This document shows positions 36,901 through 51,761 of a DNA stretch of 64,000 nucleotides, piece by piece. The notes under the pieces are model-generated. The model had not been told where the DNA came from, did not search any database, and worked only from the letters and a program-made list of their open reading frames with translations. The first letter of the stretch is position 1. Each line of letters starts with the position of its first letter. The DNA is from Camelus dromedarius. Its lineage: Eukaryota. Where the stretch lies: contig NC_087436.1 in assembly GCF_036321535.1 (NCBI RefSeq), forward strand, positions 85,252,001 to 85,316,000. Reading direction: 5' to 3'. A program made the position numbers and the translations under genes.

Positions 36901-37400
36901 TAGTTTAAAATATTTTCCAATTTCCATTAAGACTTCTTCCCTCAATTTTTTAGTTGTCTTTTCATTATTGATTTCTACTTTAATTCTGCTGTGGTCAGTG
37001 AACATTTTTGTGTGATACCAATCTTTTGGAATGTGTTGAGATTTGCTTTATGTTCCAATATATGGTATTTTGTAAATGTTTAAGTGTACTTGAGAAGAAA
37101 GTGTGTTCTATAGTAGTTAAGCATAGTATTTCATAAATATCAATTAAATCAAATTGGTTAATAGTATTCAAGTATTTTATATGTTCTTGTCTGCTTGCTG
37201 TGTGATTTCATGAAGGAGATGTGCTAATATATAGGGATGATAGTGGATTTGCCTGTCTTTTCCTTTATTTATTGATTTTTATTCATTTTCTTTCTATATT
37301 TTGAAGCTGTTATTGGGTCCATACCCATTAAGGATTATTGTGTCTTTCTATTTGACTGAATCATCTATGTGTCTGCTTCTATTGTCTATTTTTCTTTTGA
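33930..37400. mobile_element. Cluster of nested L1 fragments on both strands
   Basis: ORF 33984-34382(-) WEAAKPVHRRKFIALDVYIRKKERSKINNL...KTDKPLARL is L1 ORF2. More decayed ORF2/ORF1 pieces follow, with an A-run at 35341-35366. Confidence 0.85.
35819..36035. mobile_element. MER8/Tigger2-type MITE
   Basis: TIRs cggttgacccttaacaacatgg ... ccatgttgttcaagggtcaactg, flanked by TA on both sides. Confidence 0.85.
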
Positions 37401-38149
37401 TTGTAGTTCATATTTTATGTGCTTTACATTTCACAACTTCTATTTTTAATTGAAGTATAGTTAGTTACAATGTGTCAATTTCTGGTGTACACATTTCATA
37501 ATTTTTATTATATATCAGACCTTGTTTTTAAAGTGCATTCTGGTTTAATCAGCACCTTGACTCTATGAGGTGGCATTAGCACCCGTTCTGTGGATGAGAG
37601 AGCAACTCCTTAGGATGCCTGACTTGTTCTTGGCAGAGAAGATACCCTGGTGTGCCTATAAAAGGACCAAAGATGTTGAAGTTAGTGTTTTCCCTCAGAG
37701 AAGCCCTACCCTTTATTCTGTCATACAGATAGTATGTCAGGAGAGAAATGACTTCCTATTTCCTAGGAAAGACTTTTCTTTCTCTGAAATTCAACTTCTC
37801 TAGACTTTGTTTCTACAGTCATTCAGTGTCTTAAAATGTGATTTTTGTTTCTGTTTCTATTTTTTTCTATTTGTTATGGCAGGAGTAATAGCCTGCTGCT
37901 ACCATTTACAACCTAATCCAACAATAAATACTTTAATAAAATTTCTCTGTAGCCTTCTATGGTGAAAATGTTTAAAAATGAATTAAAAAAAGAAATCTAC
38001 ACACTGGCAGAAATAGTTGGGGAAAAAAGGGCTTGTATGTGGTAGCTTGGGCTTGAGTTGGGAGGTAAATATCAACCTATCTGCTTTCTAGTTGTTTCTC
38101 TCAGGTTCAGTTTCCCAGTCACCAGTTCTATCTCATCTTTAGCTGTCTT

Positions 38150-40620
38150 TCTCAGCTGAGAAAGTAACATACTTTGATACTTCTGCCTGGCATGAGCAAA
38201 TGCCAGAACACTTGAAAGAAATTGTCAGAGAAAAAGAACTCACAATAAGATGGGTTCCTAAAAAGAGTCAGAACTTATATGGAAGAACTCTAAGTGAAAA
38301 AAATCAGGAGTACAGAACAGTAAGAAATTGAGATAAATGAACCACAGTCTGAAAGATATAAAATAAGTATGTTTGCAGTGATTGAAGACACAATGAAAGG
38401 GATTTGAATCCTAGAAAAGAATGCACTGTTAGGAAAAGACCAGGGAAGTTCTGTAGAACCAAACAGAGCTTTTAGAAAAGGAAAAAGGTGATTAAATAGC
38501 TAGTTAGAGATAGCTGACAAGAGACCCGGAAGCTAAATCTACGGTAGATTCTCAGAAAGGAGCAAAAATTGATAGAGATGGAAAATGAAAGAAGATAAGA
38601 AACAGGGAGAAAGAAAGAGGGCCAGCAAATTATCAGTAGGATGCGAGAAGAAAAGAAAAGAGAAAATGCTGAACAGATAATATTTGAAAAGGTAGTGTTT
38701 GAAAAATTTTCCAATTTGATTGAAATTGTGAATCTTTATATTTAAGAAACATAATGAAACTTGAGCAGAATAAATAGAAATAGACATCTAGACACAGAAG
38801 TGAAAATGGACATCAGAGACAAAACACACACACATTCTTAAATTCAATTAGAGAAACGATGGAAGAAATTGTCACATTGAGGTATGGGGAAGTCATTCTG
38901 GCTTATATGTGATTTAACTTAAGATTTATGCTAACAGAACAACCTGTTTTATGGACTGTCAGGCATACATTGTTCATCTACTTTAACCATTAAAGGAAAA
39001 GAATGCACTTAAAAAATCAAAATGGAGTAACTGTGGTTCAGGCATCCAGGAAGGAGCTGGGTGGCTCTTGTGGATCTGGATTCAGACACTTTCCTGCATC
39101 AGTGAGAACCTGAATTTTCTGAACTGTATCAGACTCAAGGACACCACCAACCATTCTCAAAACAGTGTCTGCTAGCAGCTGCCAGCTGAAACCTTATGGT
39201 CTCAAGGTCTCCCCTTGTAACTCTGCAACCATTTTGGACCCAACCAAACCTTGCTTAGTAAGCACCCCTTATTTTTTGCTAGCTACAATTGTAATCCTTG
39301 ACAGAGAACTTACATAATTTTGTGGGTTTTGCCTTTATAAGCCTCTCCCATTTTGTAGTCCCGTGGAACAGAATGCAAGTGCTTCTTGAATCTGTGTCTT
39401 CTGGGGCATATTTCTCAGTTTGGTTCAAGTAAAACTTTTTTCTATACCTATTATAGATTGGTTTATTGATTATTTCCATAGATAGAATAAAGACGTTTAT
39501 CTAGAGGAGTAATAATTAGACCAACAACAGTAATAATAGAATCCAGAAATCAATGGAGTCATATTTTAAAATATTAAAGCAAAGTAACCATCAGTTAGAA
39601 ACTATACAAAATAAACTATCATCCAAAAATAAGAGAAATTTTAAAAAAGAAGAAATATAATTTATCACTTGTAGGGTATTATTAAAAAAATTCTTGAACA
39701 CGCTCTTTAGGAAGAAGGAAATTGAACCCAGAAGGAAAGAGTGAGATGCAGTGAACAATGATAAATAATGTGATTAGCAAACAGGAGTGTTTACTTAGAT
39801 TACCCAGTAAGCACTGACCTCATAAAATAATGATAAATTTGTAAGGTATAAAAATAAAGTTGGAATAAAATACTGTATAACAGTTAAGATGGGATGAAGT
39901 GGTAAGTTCTTTTAAGGTCTTTGTGTTTGGGAGAAGGATAAGAACTATCATGTTCGACCTAAAGCTTCAAGTTAATGTTAGAAATGTAAGGTATGGTATA
40001 ATACAATACAGAGTCCAGTATAATAGAAATAGGATCCAAACCAGTCTGTGTGGTGGGGAAAGAATAAAGAAAAATATAGAAACGGCATATCAGAAGACCC
40101 ACAACATTGTTCTCCATTAGGAAAATGCAAATCAAAACCTTAATGAGATACTGCTTCACACACAGTGGGATGACTGGTGATGATCACATGGGAACAAGTG
40201 TTGTGGAGAAATCAGAACTCTTATACACTACTGATGGGAATGTAAAATGGAGCATCTACCTTGAAAAACAGCCTGGAAGTTCCTCAGAAAGTTAAACATA
40301 GAGGTACCCTATGATCTAGCAATTTTAATTCTAAGAATATGACCAAAACATTGAAATTGAATTGAAAACACGTCTACACAAAAACTTGTACATGAGTGTT
40401 CACAGCAGCATTATTCACAATTGCCAAAGGTGGAAACAATTCAACTGTCTATCAGTTGATGAATGGATAAACAACATGCAGTACATCCTTACAATGGGAT
40501 GCTATCTGGCCATAAGAAGAAATGAAAGACTGATACATGCTACAATATGGATGGGCCTTGAAAAATGTATATATGCTAAGTGAAAGAAACCAATTACAAA
40601 AGACCATATAACAATACATT
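38150..40620 (+). mobile_element. Old L1 (ORF1 remnants and 3' end) interrupted by a probable solo LTR at ~38878-39483
   Basis: A-rich ORF1-like text (tttgaaaaattttccaatttgat; aataaactatcatccaaaaataag) and an L1M 3' end at 40107-40610. The intervening segment has LTR-like features (aaaatggagt, tataa box, 3' U5-like end). Confidence 0.6.
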
Positions 40621-41069
40621 GAGTTTTGAAGAGGGGATAATTTATCATTCCCCTCTCCCTCTCCTAGCCCCCAAATGGTAATTTTACTTAGAAGTTGAGA
40701 ACTCTCTCTGGAAATGTAAGAACCCAGAAACTGCTGAGCCTCCCTGTCTCAATTTCCTGTTCCAAATTCGTCAAGTAGGTAAGTCATTCTTTCCCCCATG
40801 GGGAGGAGTGAGTTATGGGGACTGGAGGAAGATGCCAGATATGGTCCTCCCATACCTTTTCTTCCTTCATCTTGGCAACTGCTCTAAACATTACCTGATA
40901 CACTCCTTTATTCATTCATTTACCAGATATGTTTTGGCACCCGCCATGGGCAGAGTGCTTGGTGAAGAATATGAAGAACGGCCTTCAGCCTCAGGGAGCT
41001 AGCATTTTGGTTGGGGAATGACAACACTAAATATCTCAACAGTTATTTGAGTATTGGATACTTTCAGTA

Positions 41070-42135
41070 TTGGATATTCCAAAGCTCAGTCCTGAAATTC
41101 TTCTTGGCTCCATTTCCACTCACTTCTTTGTTGATCCCTTGTGTCAGAGACTGAAATGATGCCAAGGATTCCAGCCTCAGCCTTTACTTTCCTTTGACTC
41201 TGCTCTAGTCTATCCAATTAAAAAAATGAATATTTAAAAGTCATCTTAAATTCTTGTCTAAAACCAATCTCTGATCTTCCCTCCCTCTGCCTCTCCCCAA
41301 CGAAATCTATTCACATCTCAGTTTTTCCAGGAACTGATAGCTCCATTGCTCAAAAAACATGAGGTTTTATGTTGTGTTTTCATACACCACATCAGGTCCA
41401 CCCAAAAATCCTGCTATTTTTACCTTCAGAATATGTCTAGAATTTTATATCATTTCGTTATCATCACCATCATCAATCCTGGTCCAAGTCACCATCGTTT
41501 CTTGCTTGGATTATTATAATGATCTTCTAACTCCCCCTTGTGCCTTGACCCCCTAAGGCCTATTTCCAAAAAGCAATTAGAGTGAGTCCTTCTGAAGCTT
41601 AGGTCAGATCATGTCATGTCACTGACAAACCCTCTAGTGGTTTCTCCTCATACTTGGAGGAACATCCAGAGTCCTTACTGTGTCTTACAGTGTTCTGCCG
41701 GATCTGGCCCCTGCTACCTCTCTGACTTCATCTCCTGCTCTTGCTCACATTGACTCCACTCCCCTCACACTGGTCTCTGCGCTGCATTCAACCTGTAAGC
41801 ATGCTGCTGCCTTGTGGCCTTTGTACTTTGTTCCATTTGAGCAGGCAGCCTCCCCTAGATATCTATGTGACCTCCTCCCTTGCTTCTTACGGGTTCCCAC
41901 TCAAAATTAAGAGAGACCACCCTATGTAAAAGTGTACCTCCCTGCTTTTCATTCCCCCCCTTTAATATTTACCACGTCACTTGCTGCAATCTGATGTACC
42001 ATGTGTTTCATTACTTATATGTTCATTGTTTGAGAAGAGATGCTCCAGGAGGGCAGTGCCTGTTTTTATTATTCCCCGTGTCTCTCTAGTGCCTGGCGTA
42101 TACGTACTCAGTGTATATTGTTGAATGAATGAATC
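41070..42135. mobile_element. L2 LINE fragment
   Basis: gtccaagtcaccatcgtttcttgcttggattattataat...tagtgcctggc...ttgttgaatgaatgaat. Confidence 0.75.
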
Positions 42136-43504
42136 ATTCCATATCTGTTCAAGACATCAATAAAAGAAATGTTGTAAGGCAGTGCTTACCTCATTGCCAA
42201 ACAAATGATTAATATGTTTTGGGGGTATTAATGATGTATAAATTAATGATATATATGCTATTTTTGCCTATTATTTTTATTGTTATTACCATTCCAATAA
42301 TTAAATGCAAGTCATCTGTTCATTATTGTATATAACAGGCATGATTGATGTCCTATTATTTTATTTAGGTTAATAACAAAACCTGACATGAGTAATGGAC
42401 AAAACATGAGGAAATGGGACAATTGAAAGGAAGAGAGTGGGAGTTAAACTTTCCTTCCTATATGACTTACATCATTTAAAAAAATCATTTCATTAATGTG
42501 CTTCCTATTGTAGTTAGTATATTCAATTCATATAGCACAGAAATTCATTTCCTAAGTTAAATCTACATTTTCCAGTTGGCATACAAAAAAGTAATTTCTT
42601 CTGAGAGAAAACATTTGGGTCATATGCACAGGACACTGGAAATTGATTAGACTTGATTAATCTGTCTTGCAAAAATCTTTACAAAAATGAGTGAAAAAAT
42701 TTTAACAACTTCTACTCCTTGGAATTACTTGCCAATATTATCTTATTTTACCCAGCATCTCCTCTTTCTACACTATGAATTATATTTTCATGACCAAAGT
42801 CAGTATCTATTTGAATTTTCTCTTAACAATGTCCTGAATTATACAGGGATTTGGACATAAAAGCACTACTAATTTTAGCTATGGTTCCTACTTAAGTGTT
42901 TTCCTGAATTTCTTTACATTGTTGCATAAAGAAAGGAACATTTCCTGAGGTATAGAACCTAATCAACAGAAACAAATCTGGTCATTCAACACATGTATTC
43001 AAAGTTTTCTGTGAGCTAAGCATATTGTGAGGAGCTGGACATTCAAAGAATGAATAAGACCCTCCTGCAAGGAACTGGGTTATAAAACTGATTAGTGATT
43101 GGAATGCATGTTATTGATTCCAGACTCTGACCTTTTTTCATGGTCAAAGGATGTTATTTGCAGGAATAGTTCAGAAAGCACAGGTTTTCTACGTTCTTAT
43201 GTAGTGACTTACAGTGACTTACTAACTTACAAGGACTAAAGAATTCCCTAGAATATCCCTGAGATCGTCTTTTTAAAATAGATTTACAATAATATGTTTT
43301 GGTTTTTGCTAGTGAAGCAGCAGTCTGTTTTATTTTCACTCTACGAGATGGAAGGGTCTGCAGGATAATGCAGTGTGGGGTGGAGTATTGCGCAGTTTCA
43401 AGACCACTGGGGAAATCAGGCTTTAAGTAACCAGCTAGATAACCATGACCAAGCCACTCTGGGTCTCAGTTTGCCCATTTCTGAAACAAGAAGGTTGAAT
43501 TACA

Positions 43505-43990
43505 TCAGCAAGTCTCAAAGTTAATGTACATATCAGTCACTTGAGGATCTTGCTAAAATGCAGGTTCTTATTCAGTAGGTTGGGGATGGGGCCTGAGAGT
43601 CTGCATTTCTAACAAGCTCTCAGGTAGGGAACACCCATGCTGCTGGCCCATGGCCCGCATCCTGAGCAGTGAGGGTGAGAGCGGCGTTGTCCAATACAAA
43701 GGTAATGTAAGCTGTATGTATAATTTTAAATGTCTAGAAGCCACATTAGAAAGGAAAAAAATAAACAGGTGAAATTAATTGTAATAACATTTCATTGGCT
43801 CTCATAATAAAAAATATTATTTTAACATGTCATCAATATAAAAATTATGAATGAGATAGTTTACATTCTTTTTTCCATATTAAGCCTCCGATATCTGGTG
43901 TGTTTTATACCTATGGCACATCTCTTGGAGTAGCCACATTTCAGGTGCTCAGTAGCCACGTGTGTGCTGCGATTTAGGACCACACAGGGC
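43505..43990. mobile_element. Adjacent hAT MITEs (MER5A followed by MER33/MER3-like)
   Basis: gatggggcctgagagtctgcatttctaacaagctc (MER5A), then gcgttgtccaata...agtagccacatttcaggtgctcagtagccacgtg. Confidence 0.75.
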
Positions 43991-46900
43991 TAGCCCATCT
44001 CTGCTGCCAGCGTCAGTGCTGAGGACAGTATCTCCCTTACATTTCAAATAGACTCTTGCCTCCAGGTGGTGCTAATGTTCTTTGTTTCATCCTTGAAAAC
44101 TTTTAATTTTTTTTGCTTGAGTGAGAGCTCCACAGAAGGCCACTTAACTTATTTATTTACTTACTCATTTAGTCCCTCTCTTAATAATTTATGTTTACAG
44201 GATACACTAATGGTTAGTTGATTATATTCTCTGTAAGTTTGTCCAGTAGCTAAAGCACAATGAAATTATCATTAATTATGCCAAAGTCAATATAGAAGGA
44301 ATACTTAAAGTCATTGTTGTCCATTCTTGGGGAGAGGAGCTACATAAGATTGATCTCTGATTATATAGTATTTTTATACACAGGATAGTGACCAGATATT
44401 TAACAGTACAAACATAGGAACAGGAAAATTACTGACCGGTATAAAAAGATTTAAATAATAAGTTTGGATATTGTTGTTTTATGAGGAAGAGAAAATATTT
44501 CTCCTTCAGTTTTGCCTAATACAGGATGACTGGTACTTTTTATGGTGATTTAAGTGTTTAATTTTCTGGAAGGAAATGATAAATATAAAAATTTATCCCT
44601 GTTTCAACTCCATAATTTTGTCTGTACTCCAGGCATACTGTATACCTGAGAGATTACATTTTCTAGAAGAATAATTTTAATACTCAGACTTAGTTTTGAG
44701 AAGGTATGTCAAATGCCTAATTTTTTTTTTACAAGCTTAGTGTTATTTCTTTTGTCTGATTGTGGCTCTGATGTTAACTAAAATGTCAGGTGTCATGAAC
44801 AAGTAGTTTAAATGTGTTAACTCATCCTCAGAGTAAACCAGTGAGGTCGATACTTTTATTATACCACATTTCAAGTGAGGAAATGGATGCTCTAGAGATT
44901 AAATAATTAGTCCTGGGCACATGACCATTAAGAGAGAGAGTGTGAACTCACATCCAGTCTGTTGGACCCTCAAGTTCATTCCCTTAACTACTACACTACA
45001 TCGAGGAAGCTCTCTTCCTCTGTCTTAAGCTGAATTTGCTGACCAGTCTACAGAACAGTCAACAAAAACTACAATCTACAGCATCCAAATCTATAATGTC
45101 CGTGATGGGCAGGAGGTTGTCTTTTATAAGGATAAGCCATAACATGTTTAAAACGAGAGAGCCTAAAGCTGAAGTATCTTTGGTCTCCGTTCTCATTTGA
45201 CTAGTGGTTTCCTATACCAATCCCCCTAAACTCTATTTTCTGTATCTGTAAGACAGAGTGAATGGGGAATCTCTTCCACGGATGTAGAGGTTGAATTCAT
45301 GACATCATTTCATGACAACTCATGTCACAAATATGAATTCCTCCCACATGACCACTGTAAAAATATATTGTTTCACACATGGATTTCCCAACAGTTTTTA
45401 TGTGCTCTCTTTTTGAAGCATATAATACAAAATTGTGTGTGTGTGTTTGATACAGAGTTAAGTTCAAGTCCTCTCTTTGCCACCTGCTGGTTCTGTTATC
45501 TTGGATAACTTAGTGAAGCTCTCTTGGAACATCAGTTTCCTCAACTGAAAATCGGGGTTGATAACATTTTTTTTTTCTGAGGCTGTGTCATGAGAATGAA
45601 ATAAGATGGTATATGCAAAGTCTCTAGCATATAGTCAACCAAGTTAACTTTGTAGAACAATAAGATAGAAATATTCCTAAGCTATATCCATACCTGCTTA
45701 CTTTACTTTTTAGAGGAACTTGATCTGCTAACAAATGGAGCAGAAAAGTGAGACTACTCCCTAGGCAAAGAAAGTCTACTCCCCTCAATTCTCCAAATTC
45801 TCAGTTTTTTGATGAAATCGGGCCAAGTTCATCTAATTTATACAGCAAACTGCTTTAGTTACTACTTTACTTTGCTTTGGCAGTGAGAACCAGTCTCTTA
45901 AGTCGTCTTGTCGAAGGGCTCATGAAGACATTATGGTGTTTGGCTCCCTATCTTATCCACGTCGCCTGGATGAAAAATTTCTTTCCTTCCCATCTTTCAG
46001 ACAAAGGATTTATAACTGCTTTAGCATATTATTGAAGCAAAGAGACACTACGGAAACGTGACTCTGGGCTGACTTTTATAGGTCCTGATTTGGATGTGTT
46101 GCTTAAAGTTCTCAGGCAGAAAAAAATACATTGTTTTAAAAATGTCAACATTTCCTCGTATGAAAGGGATTGTTTTCTTTTTTTATTTGTTTTGCTTTTT
46201 CTTTTCTTTCTTTCTCCTCTACCTTCTCCCCCTCCTCCTTCTCCTGGGATGTGTGAGCCTGCATCTGAGAACATACAAATCTTGAAACTTTTCACTGGAT
46301 TCTTGAAAACCAGCCCAGATGATTTTTCCTCCTTAAATACCCTCTTTTGTTGCTGGCCAGGAACAAAGCCACCTAAGCCAAGTGGTCACAGTTCATTTCA
46401 CACATAGGAAGGAGGAAAGTCTGTTTTAATCCCCTGAAGATTAAGGGACAGTCTGCTTCTGACACTAGAAGGGGATCTTGGAAAAAACGATTCATGGATA
46501 GAACATGATCTCAGAATATCCTCCAAGGACTCAGAAGGTTCCCAAACAAATATGGAGTATACACATTTCCCTGTGCCATGTGTTTGGGAAAGGAGTGGAG
46601 AGTTGGAGAAAGAAGGAAAACTTTATCAAGGAGAAAGGCAGACAATAGCCTGACATGAATGATATCTTAAAATGGATTAGGGAGATTCAAGCATGGTGAT
46701 TAGATTATATACAGGGTTGAACTGAGAATTTTTCCCACAAAGGAGGCTGGAATTTGCTGTCCTTTCTATATGGAAGTAGGTAGATAGTGACGTGTGGTGA
46801 ACTGGTGGTGGGAGACAATCCAGAGATGGTTTCCTTTAGCTCCTACCCACGCCCCTGCCCTGACTCTACCTGCATCCGTTGCTTGCACTGTTGAATGACC

Positions 46901-49900
46901 GAGGGTAAGGTACAGACGTGCAGTGAAAGTAATACAGGCTTTGTAACCACGTGAAACTGAGTGTGAGTCCCCGCTCGACTCCTAAGTGACTCTGGCAAGT
47001 CACCCAGCTACTCGGAGCCTCAATTTCCTCCTCTGGAAACGCGAATAGTATCAGCCCGATAACCTAACCAACTAGTGAGAATCACAGTAGGTAACGGAGA
47101 GGACAGTGCTGTGCAAATTATCAGGTGCTGCAAATGGGAAGTCTCCTGAGAAGGATAACCCATTGACCTGATGAACCTTAGGTCTGGGTAGAAACCTTAG
47201 GTCTGGCTTAGGTTTGCTGATGAAATCTCCTTCCCTTCTCTTTGTCAAATAACAGATGGGAGGACTTGGTCAGTCTCCATCAGGTGGAATTAATCGTATT
47301 CCAACACAGAAGGGCCAGCCAGCACCTTGCCCTCAGGCTTTCAGCTCCCTGTACCCCTGATAAGGGGCCCTTTTCCTTACTCCCCACTATGCACCAGACC
47401 CCAAGCTGAACAGCTTACTTAGACTTTCTTACCAATGCTCCTGTTTGCAGGAGAGAAAATGGAGCATCCGGTCTTGAAGACACTAGCTCAAGTTCACACA
47501 GCTGTTAAGCGGGAGGGCTGGGATTCTAAGGCAGACTCTTCCCCACACAGGGTATGGGGGCAAGTGTGGTTCTCTCTAGTTTTCCCCATCTTACTTCCCT
47601 CCTCGTCTTCCTCTCTCCCACTCCCTCTCCTCCTCTTCCTCCATCTTTTTCTTCTTGAAGTAAAAAACTTTCTTTACTAAATAAACACAGGAAATTAAAA
47701 AAAGAAAAAAGAAAACACAACTTAGCAAGAGTCAAAACTCTGCTGAATGTGGCTTTTTCCAGAGACCTCAGGGAAAGCATCAAAGCATCAAAGAAGTAAA
47801 CCCATGAACACATGGAGTTTCATTGGTGTGTACAGCCTGCATGGGTTTCCGTCTGTCTCCCTGAGAACTTCTTTCTTTAAAAATATTGTTCATGTTAATT
47901 GCACAGGAAACACATGAATGCATTTTTATTGTAAGTTTTAAAAATCAAATGTTACAGATCAAGTTAGTCTCTTTTGACCCTTTTTATCTCATTCCCTACC
48001 CCAGATGTAACTATTACTATCATTTTAGTATATATTTTTCTAAAACTAATAAAAATTAATTTCATATTAGAAAAGTATATTAAATTATTTTTCTTAATTT
48101 TTAATTATAAAAACTAATTTTATATTTTATTTATCTATACATAAATTTAAATTATATTTTTCTAAAATTAATTTTAAAATTAACTTATCCACAAATGTGT
48201 ATATATTTTATTTTTACATGAGTGGTATCAGTTGTACTTACCATTTTTGTAGCCTGTTTTTAAAAATTTTATTCAGTAACATCTTGGAGGTGTTCTGTGT
48301 CTGGATGTATATTTCTGCCCCATTTTTTAAAAATTGAAGTATAATTGATGTAAAATACTGTGTTAGTTTAAACATTGCCTCATTCTTTTGCTGCTGCATA
48401 CTGTGGTCTCCCACTGATGGACTTTTAGATGGTTTCCATTCTACTACAGTGTACCAATGAGCAATCCTGTACTCATACGTGAGTGTTTCTCTGGGGCAGA
48501 TACTATAATATTGTGAATGTGGACGTAATGTTTGATTGGCTTCCATCCTCCACCTAACCCCATTTTCAAAAGGCAGTCTGCTAAAGACCTCTTACCACGA
48601 TCACTTGGCACTCTCATTTGAGCAGATTGTCAGTTTTGTACAAGATAATTTTTGTGATCTTTATTATTGTGCTTTTGTGATATAACAGACCAGAGTGACT
48701 GAAAAATATTGTTTGCATCACTCTTAGAATAATCAGCTCTGCCCTGACATAGTTGAGCTGTGTGTGTACAGTTACAGAATTAATAGTGTCATCCAAATTG
48801 CCCTCTTAAATGGCTGTAACTAACTTATGCTTTCTGCCAGCACCCATTTCCTAAACCCTTGCCTGCACCTGGTATTTTCAAACATTAAACATTTTGCCAA
48901 TCTAGTGGAATGGGTGAAAATGACCTTTTATTGTTTTAATTTGCATTTTTACCCTCATTTTCTTCATACGGCAGAAATGTCCTCTGTCAGGAATTCTTAC
49001 ATCCTCATTAAGCAGGGGGAGTCCCTTCCCTAGATCTATTCCATCCCAGCACCCCTCGATACAAGTTGGAGAAAATGTCTGGAGCAGTCGTGAGGTCCAG
49101 GGTTCCACACACAACCTCCCCACTCCCATGGCTCTGGGTCCTACACTGGAAATTCTCATAGCATCCCAATCCATGATCCAGCTCTCAAATTTTAGAATTT
49201 CTTTAGAGATGCTGTAAGATGATCACATGCTTACTTTCCCCTTGATGTTTGTTTTGTACTGTTGTAGGTGTTATGTTTTATGCCTAGTACGCCAATTGTT
49301 TTTAAATATGGGGATGTGCACTGTGGCTTTTTGACAATACACATATATTTTCTGATTATGAAAATACCACAGGTGCATATTTAAAAACTGAAGAAGTTTT
49401 GAAGAAGCCTAAAGAAGTAGAAAACTCTCTTCCACTCAAGGCAATCATGATTAAGATGAAAATATATGCTGGGGAGACAACGAAACCTTCTTGCCCCCCT
49501 ACCCCTTAGTGCAGCCAAAGGGAGAGTCCATTGGCTGTTAATTGTGCACACCAAATTCTCGGAGAGAGTTCTTCTTCTATAAATACAGAAGATTATTCTT
49601 TATATTATGGCTACGATAAGTGCATGAGGCTGTGTATGTTTTCACAATTGGATAGGAGGAATGTTGAATTAAATGCTCTGATTCATTTCAGTTCTACTGT
49701 GAAAATTATTTGTTGGCTGCTACTTACTTCCTTTCTTGATCCTGTTTATTTAATTGTCTCTGAACAGTAAGCGATGACTGGAATGGCTTGCTTCAGAACA
49801 GATGGTTTCATGCTGTTATATAAGAGGTGCTCTCTGAAATCTCCTGCTTTATGAGCTGGGCCTGTGATTCCTGGCAGACATCATTTTAACAATTAAGACT

Positions 49901-50019
49901 TATTTCCCAATGTTGGTTGTCATTTGAAAGTGCCTTTATATCTTTGGATTGATTAGCTGAAAGTAAGTGTTCCCATGGCTGAGCTGGACCCAATCAGTGC
50001 ATCAAGAATGGTAGCTGAA

Positions 50020-50585
50020 CTATTTACAGTAGCCAAGATATGGAAGCAACCTAAATGTCCATCATCAGATGACTGGATAAAGAAGCTGTGGTGTATTTAT
50101 ATAATGGAATACTATTCAGCCATAAAATGAATAAAATAATGCCATTTGCAGCAACATGGATGGACTTGGAGATCATCATACTAAGTGAAATAAGCCAGAA
50201 AGAGAAAGAAAAATACCATGTGATATCACTCACATGTGGAATCCAAAAAAAGGCACAGAGGATTTTATTTACAAAACAGAGACCGACTCACAGACATAGA
50301 AAACAAATTTATGGTTACCAAGGGGGAAAAGGGGTGGGGAGCGACAAATTGGGACTTCAGGGTTTTCAGATACTAACTACTATATATAAAATAGATAAAC
50401 ATCAAGGTCCTATTGTATAGCACAGGGAACTATGTTCAACACCTTTTAATGGCCTATAATGAAGAAGAATGTGAAAAGGAATATATATTTATATAAATAC
50501 ATATATATGTATAGATGTGTCACTATGCTGTATACCAGAAATTAATACAACACTGTAAGTCGACTGTACTTCAAGGAAAAAAAAG
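50020..50585 (+). mobile_element. 5'-truncated L1 with A tail
   Basis: ORF2 end (KIMPFAATWMDLEIIILSEISQKEKEKYHVISLTCGI) plus 3'UTR and A tail. Degenerate aagaa...gctga TSD. Confidence 0.9.
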
Positions 50586-51761
50586 AACAGAGGCTGATGG
50601 TAAAGGCCAGGGACTAGCTTTTGGGAGTTCTGGTGAAGATTCTTGTTTCGCTTGTGATTTTGGCAGTGTTATCATGGGAGGACTCAATATTTGAGACTAA
50701 GATGTTTGTGCTGGGATTACTGCCTTCAGAAGAAAGCTCTAAATTCTAGAGTGAGCACGGTAGGATAAGGCTCAGCCAGCCAACTGGATGTCATTCCTGG
50801 CTGTGGCCTTGGAAGGGCCACCCTAAAGCAGAGGGGGGAGAGACAATGAGAGGACAAAGGGGATAGAATGCCAAAGGGAGAAGGAAGAGAACGAAAGGGC
50901 TCAGGGTGGTGGAGTTCAGAGTCAAGGCTGCCTAGCACTGGCAGAGGCTCTGGCTGGGGCACGTGGGCCCTGAGGTCACCCTGCTTTTACTCACCAACGA
51001 AGTAGACCAGGACACAGGGCCCCTCAAGTCCCCAAGAGCCCTCCTAATTCTCAGGAAAGTTCCGTTTAGGTTAGTGCAACCCTGGTGGGATGTGCAGTGA
51101 GGGCCCTTTGACTTCACTGCTGAGCTCCTCTGTGGAACCAGGGAGTGACGAGAGGTTCAAAGATCTTCTTTTTTCTGTTATGAGCCGTTATGCTAGTACA
51201 TGTACCAAACTGTGGGTTGTTATGCTTGAGGTGGTATCAGGGGACTCTCTTCAAAGGTGAGTATTACATTCTGTTCCAAGGTTCACCTAGTCCAAGGATC
51301 TTCTGCCTGCAGAAGAGTTTGGTCCAGACTCCAGACCTGGTGTTTTTTAGTAGTGAGGGCTGAGTGAGTTCCTTAAACTTTCTGAGCTTTGTTGTCCTTG
51401 CTTGAAAATGGGAAATGTGAGGATTAAAATAAAGTTGGACGGGATGGAAGCTTCTTCAACTGTCAAGTGCTATATAAATATTAATCCTTATCTTTTGGGA
51501 GGAGTCATCCTTAAAGAGATGTTGCTAGCAGCAGACTGCTGTGTACTCAAAACTATATGGTGATACATGCACACAAACACACAAATACATGGCATATAAA
51601 AGTGAATGTGTATATACACACATGGGAATTCAAGGATATGAGTGAAATAGTAACTATAGTGTAAGATTTTTCATACGTTCTTTATTGTATACTGCATGTT
51701 AGGGCCATGTAAGGTATTTTTTTGGGTAAGTTTTATCATATGTGGTTTATCCTTTATACCC

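Noticed and set aside
47173..47216. Short direct repeat aaccttaggtctgg x2 (similar 28-bp duplication at ~53128-53183)
   Set aside because: Simple local tandem duplications with only two units and no spacer array, so not CRISPR-like.
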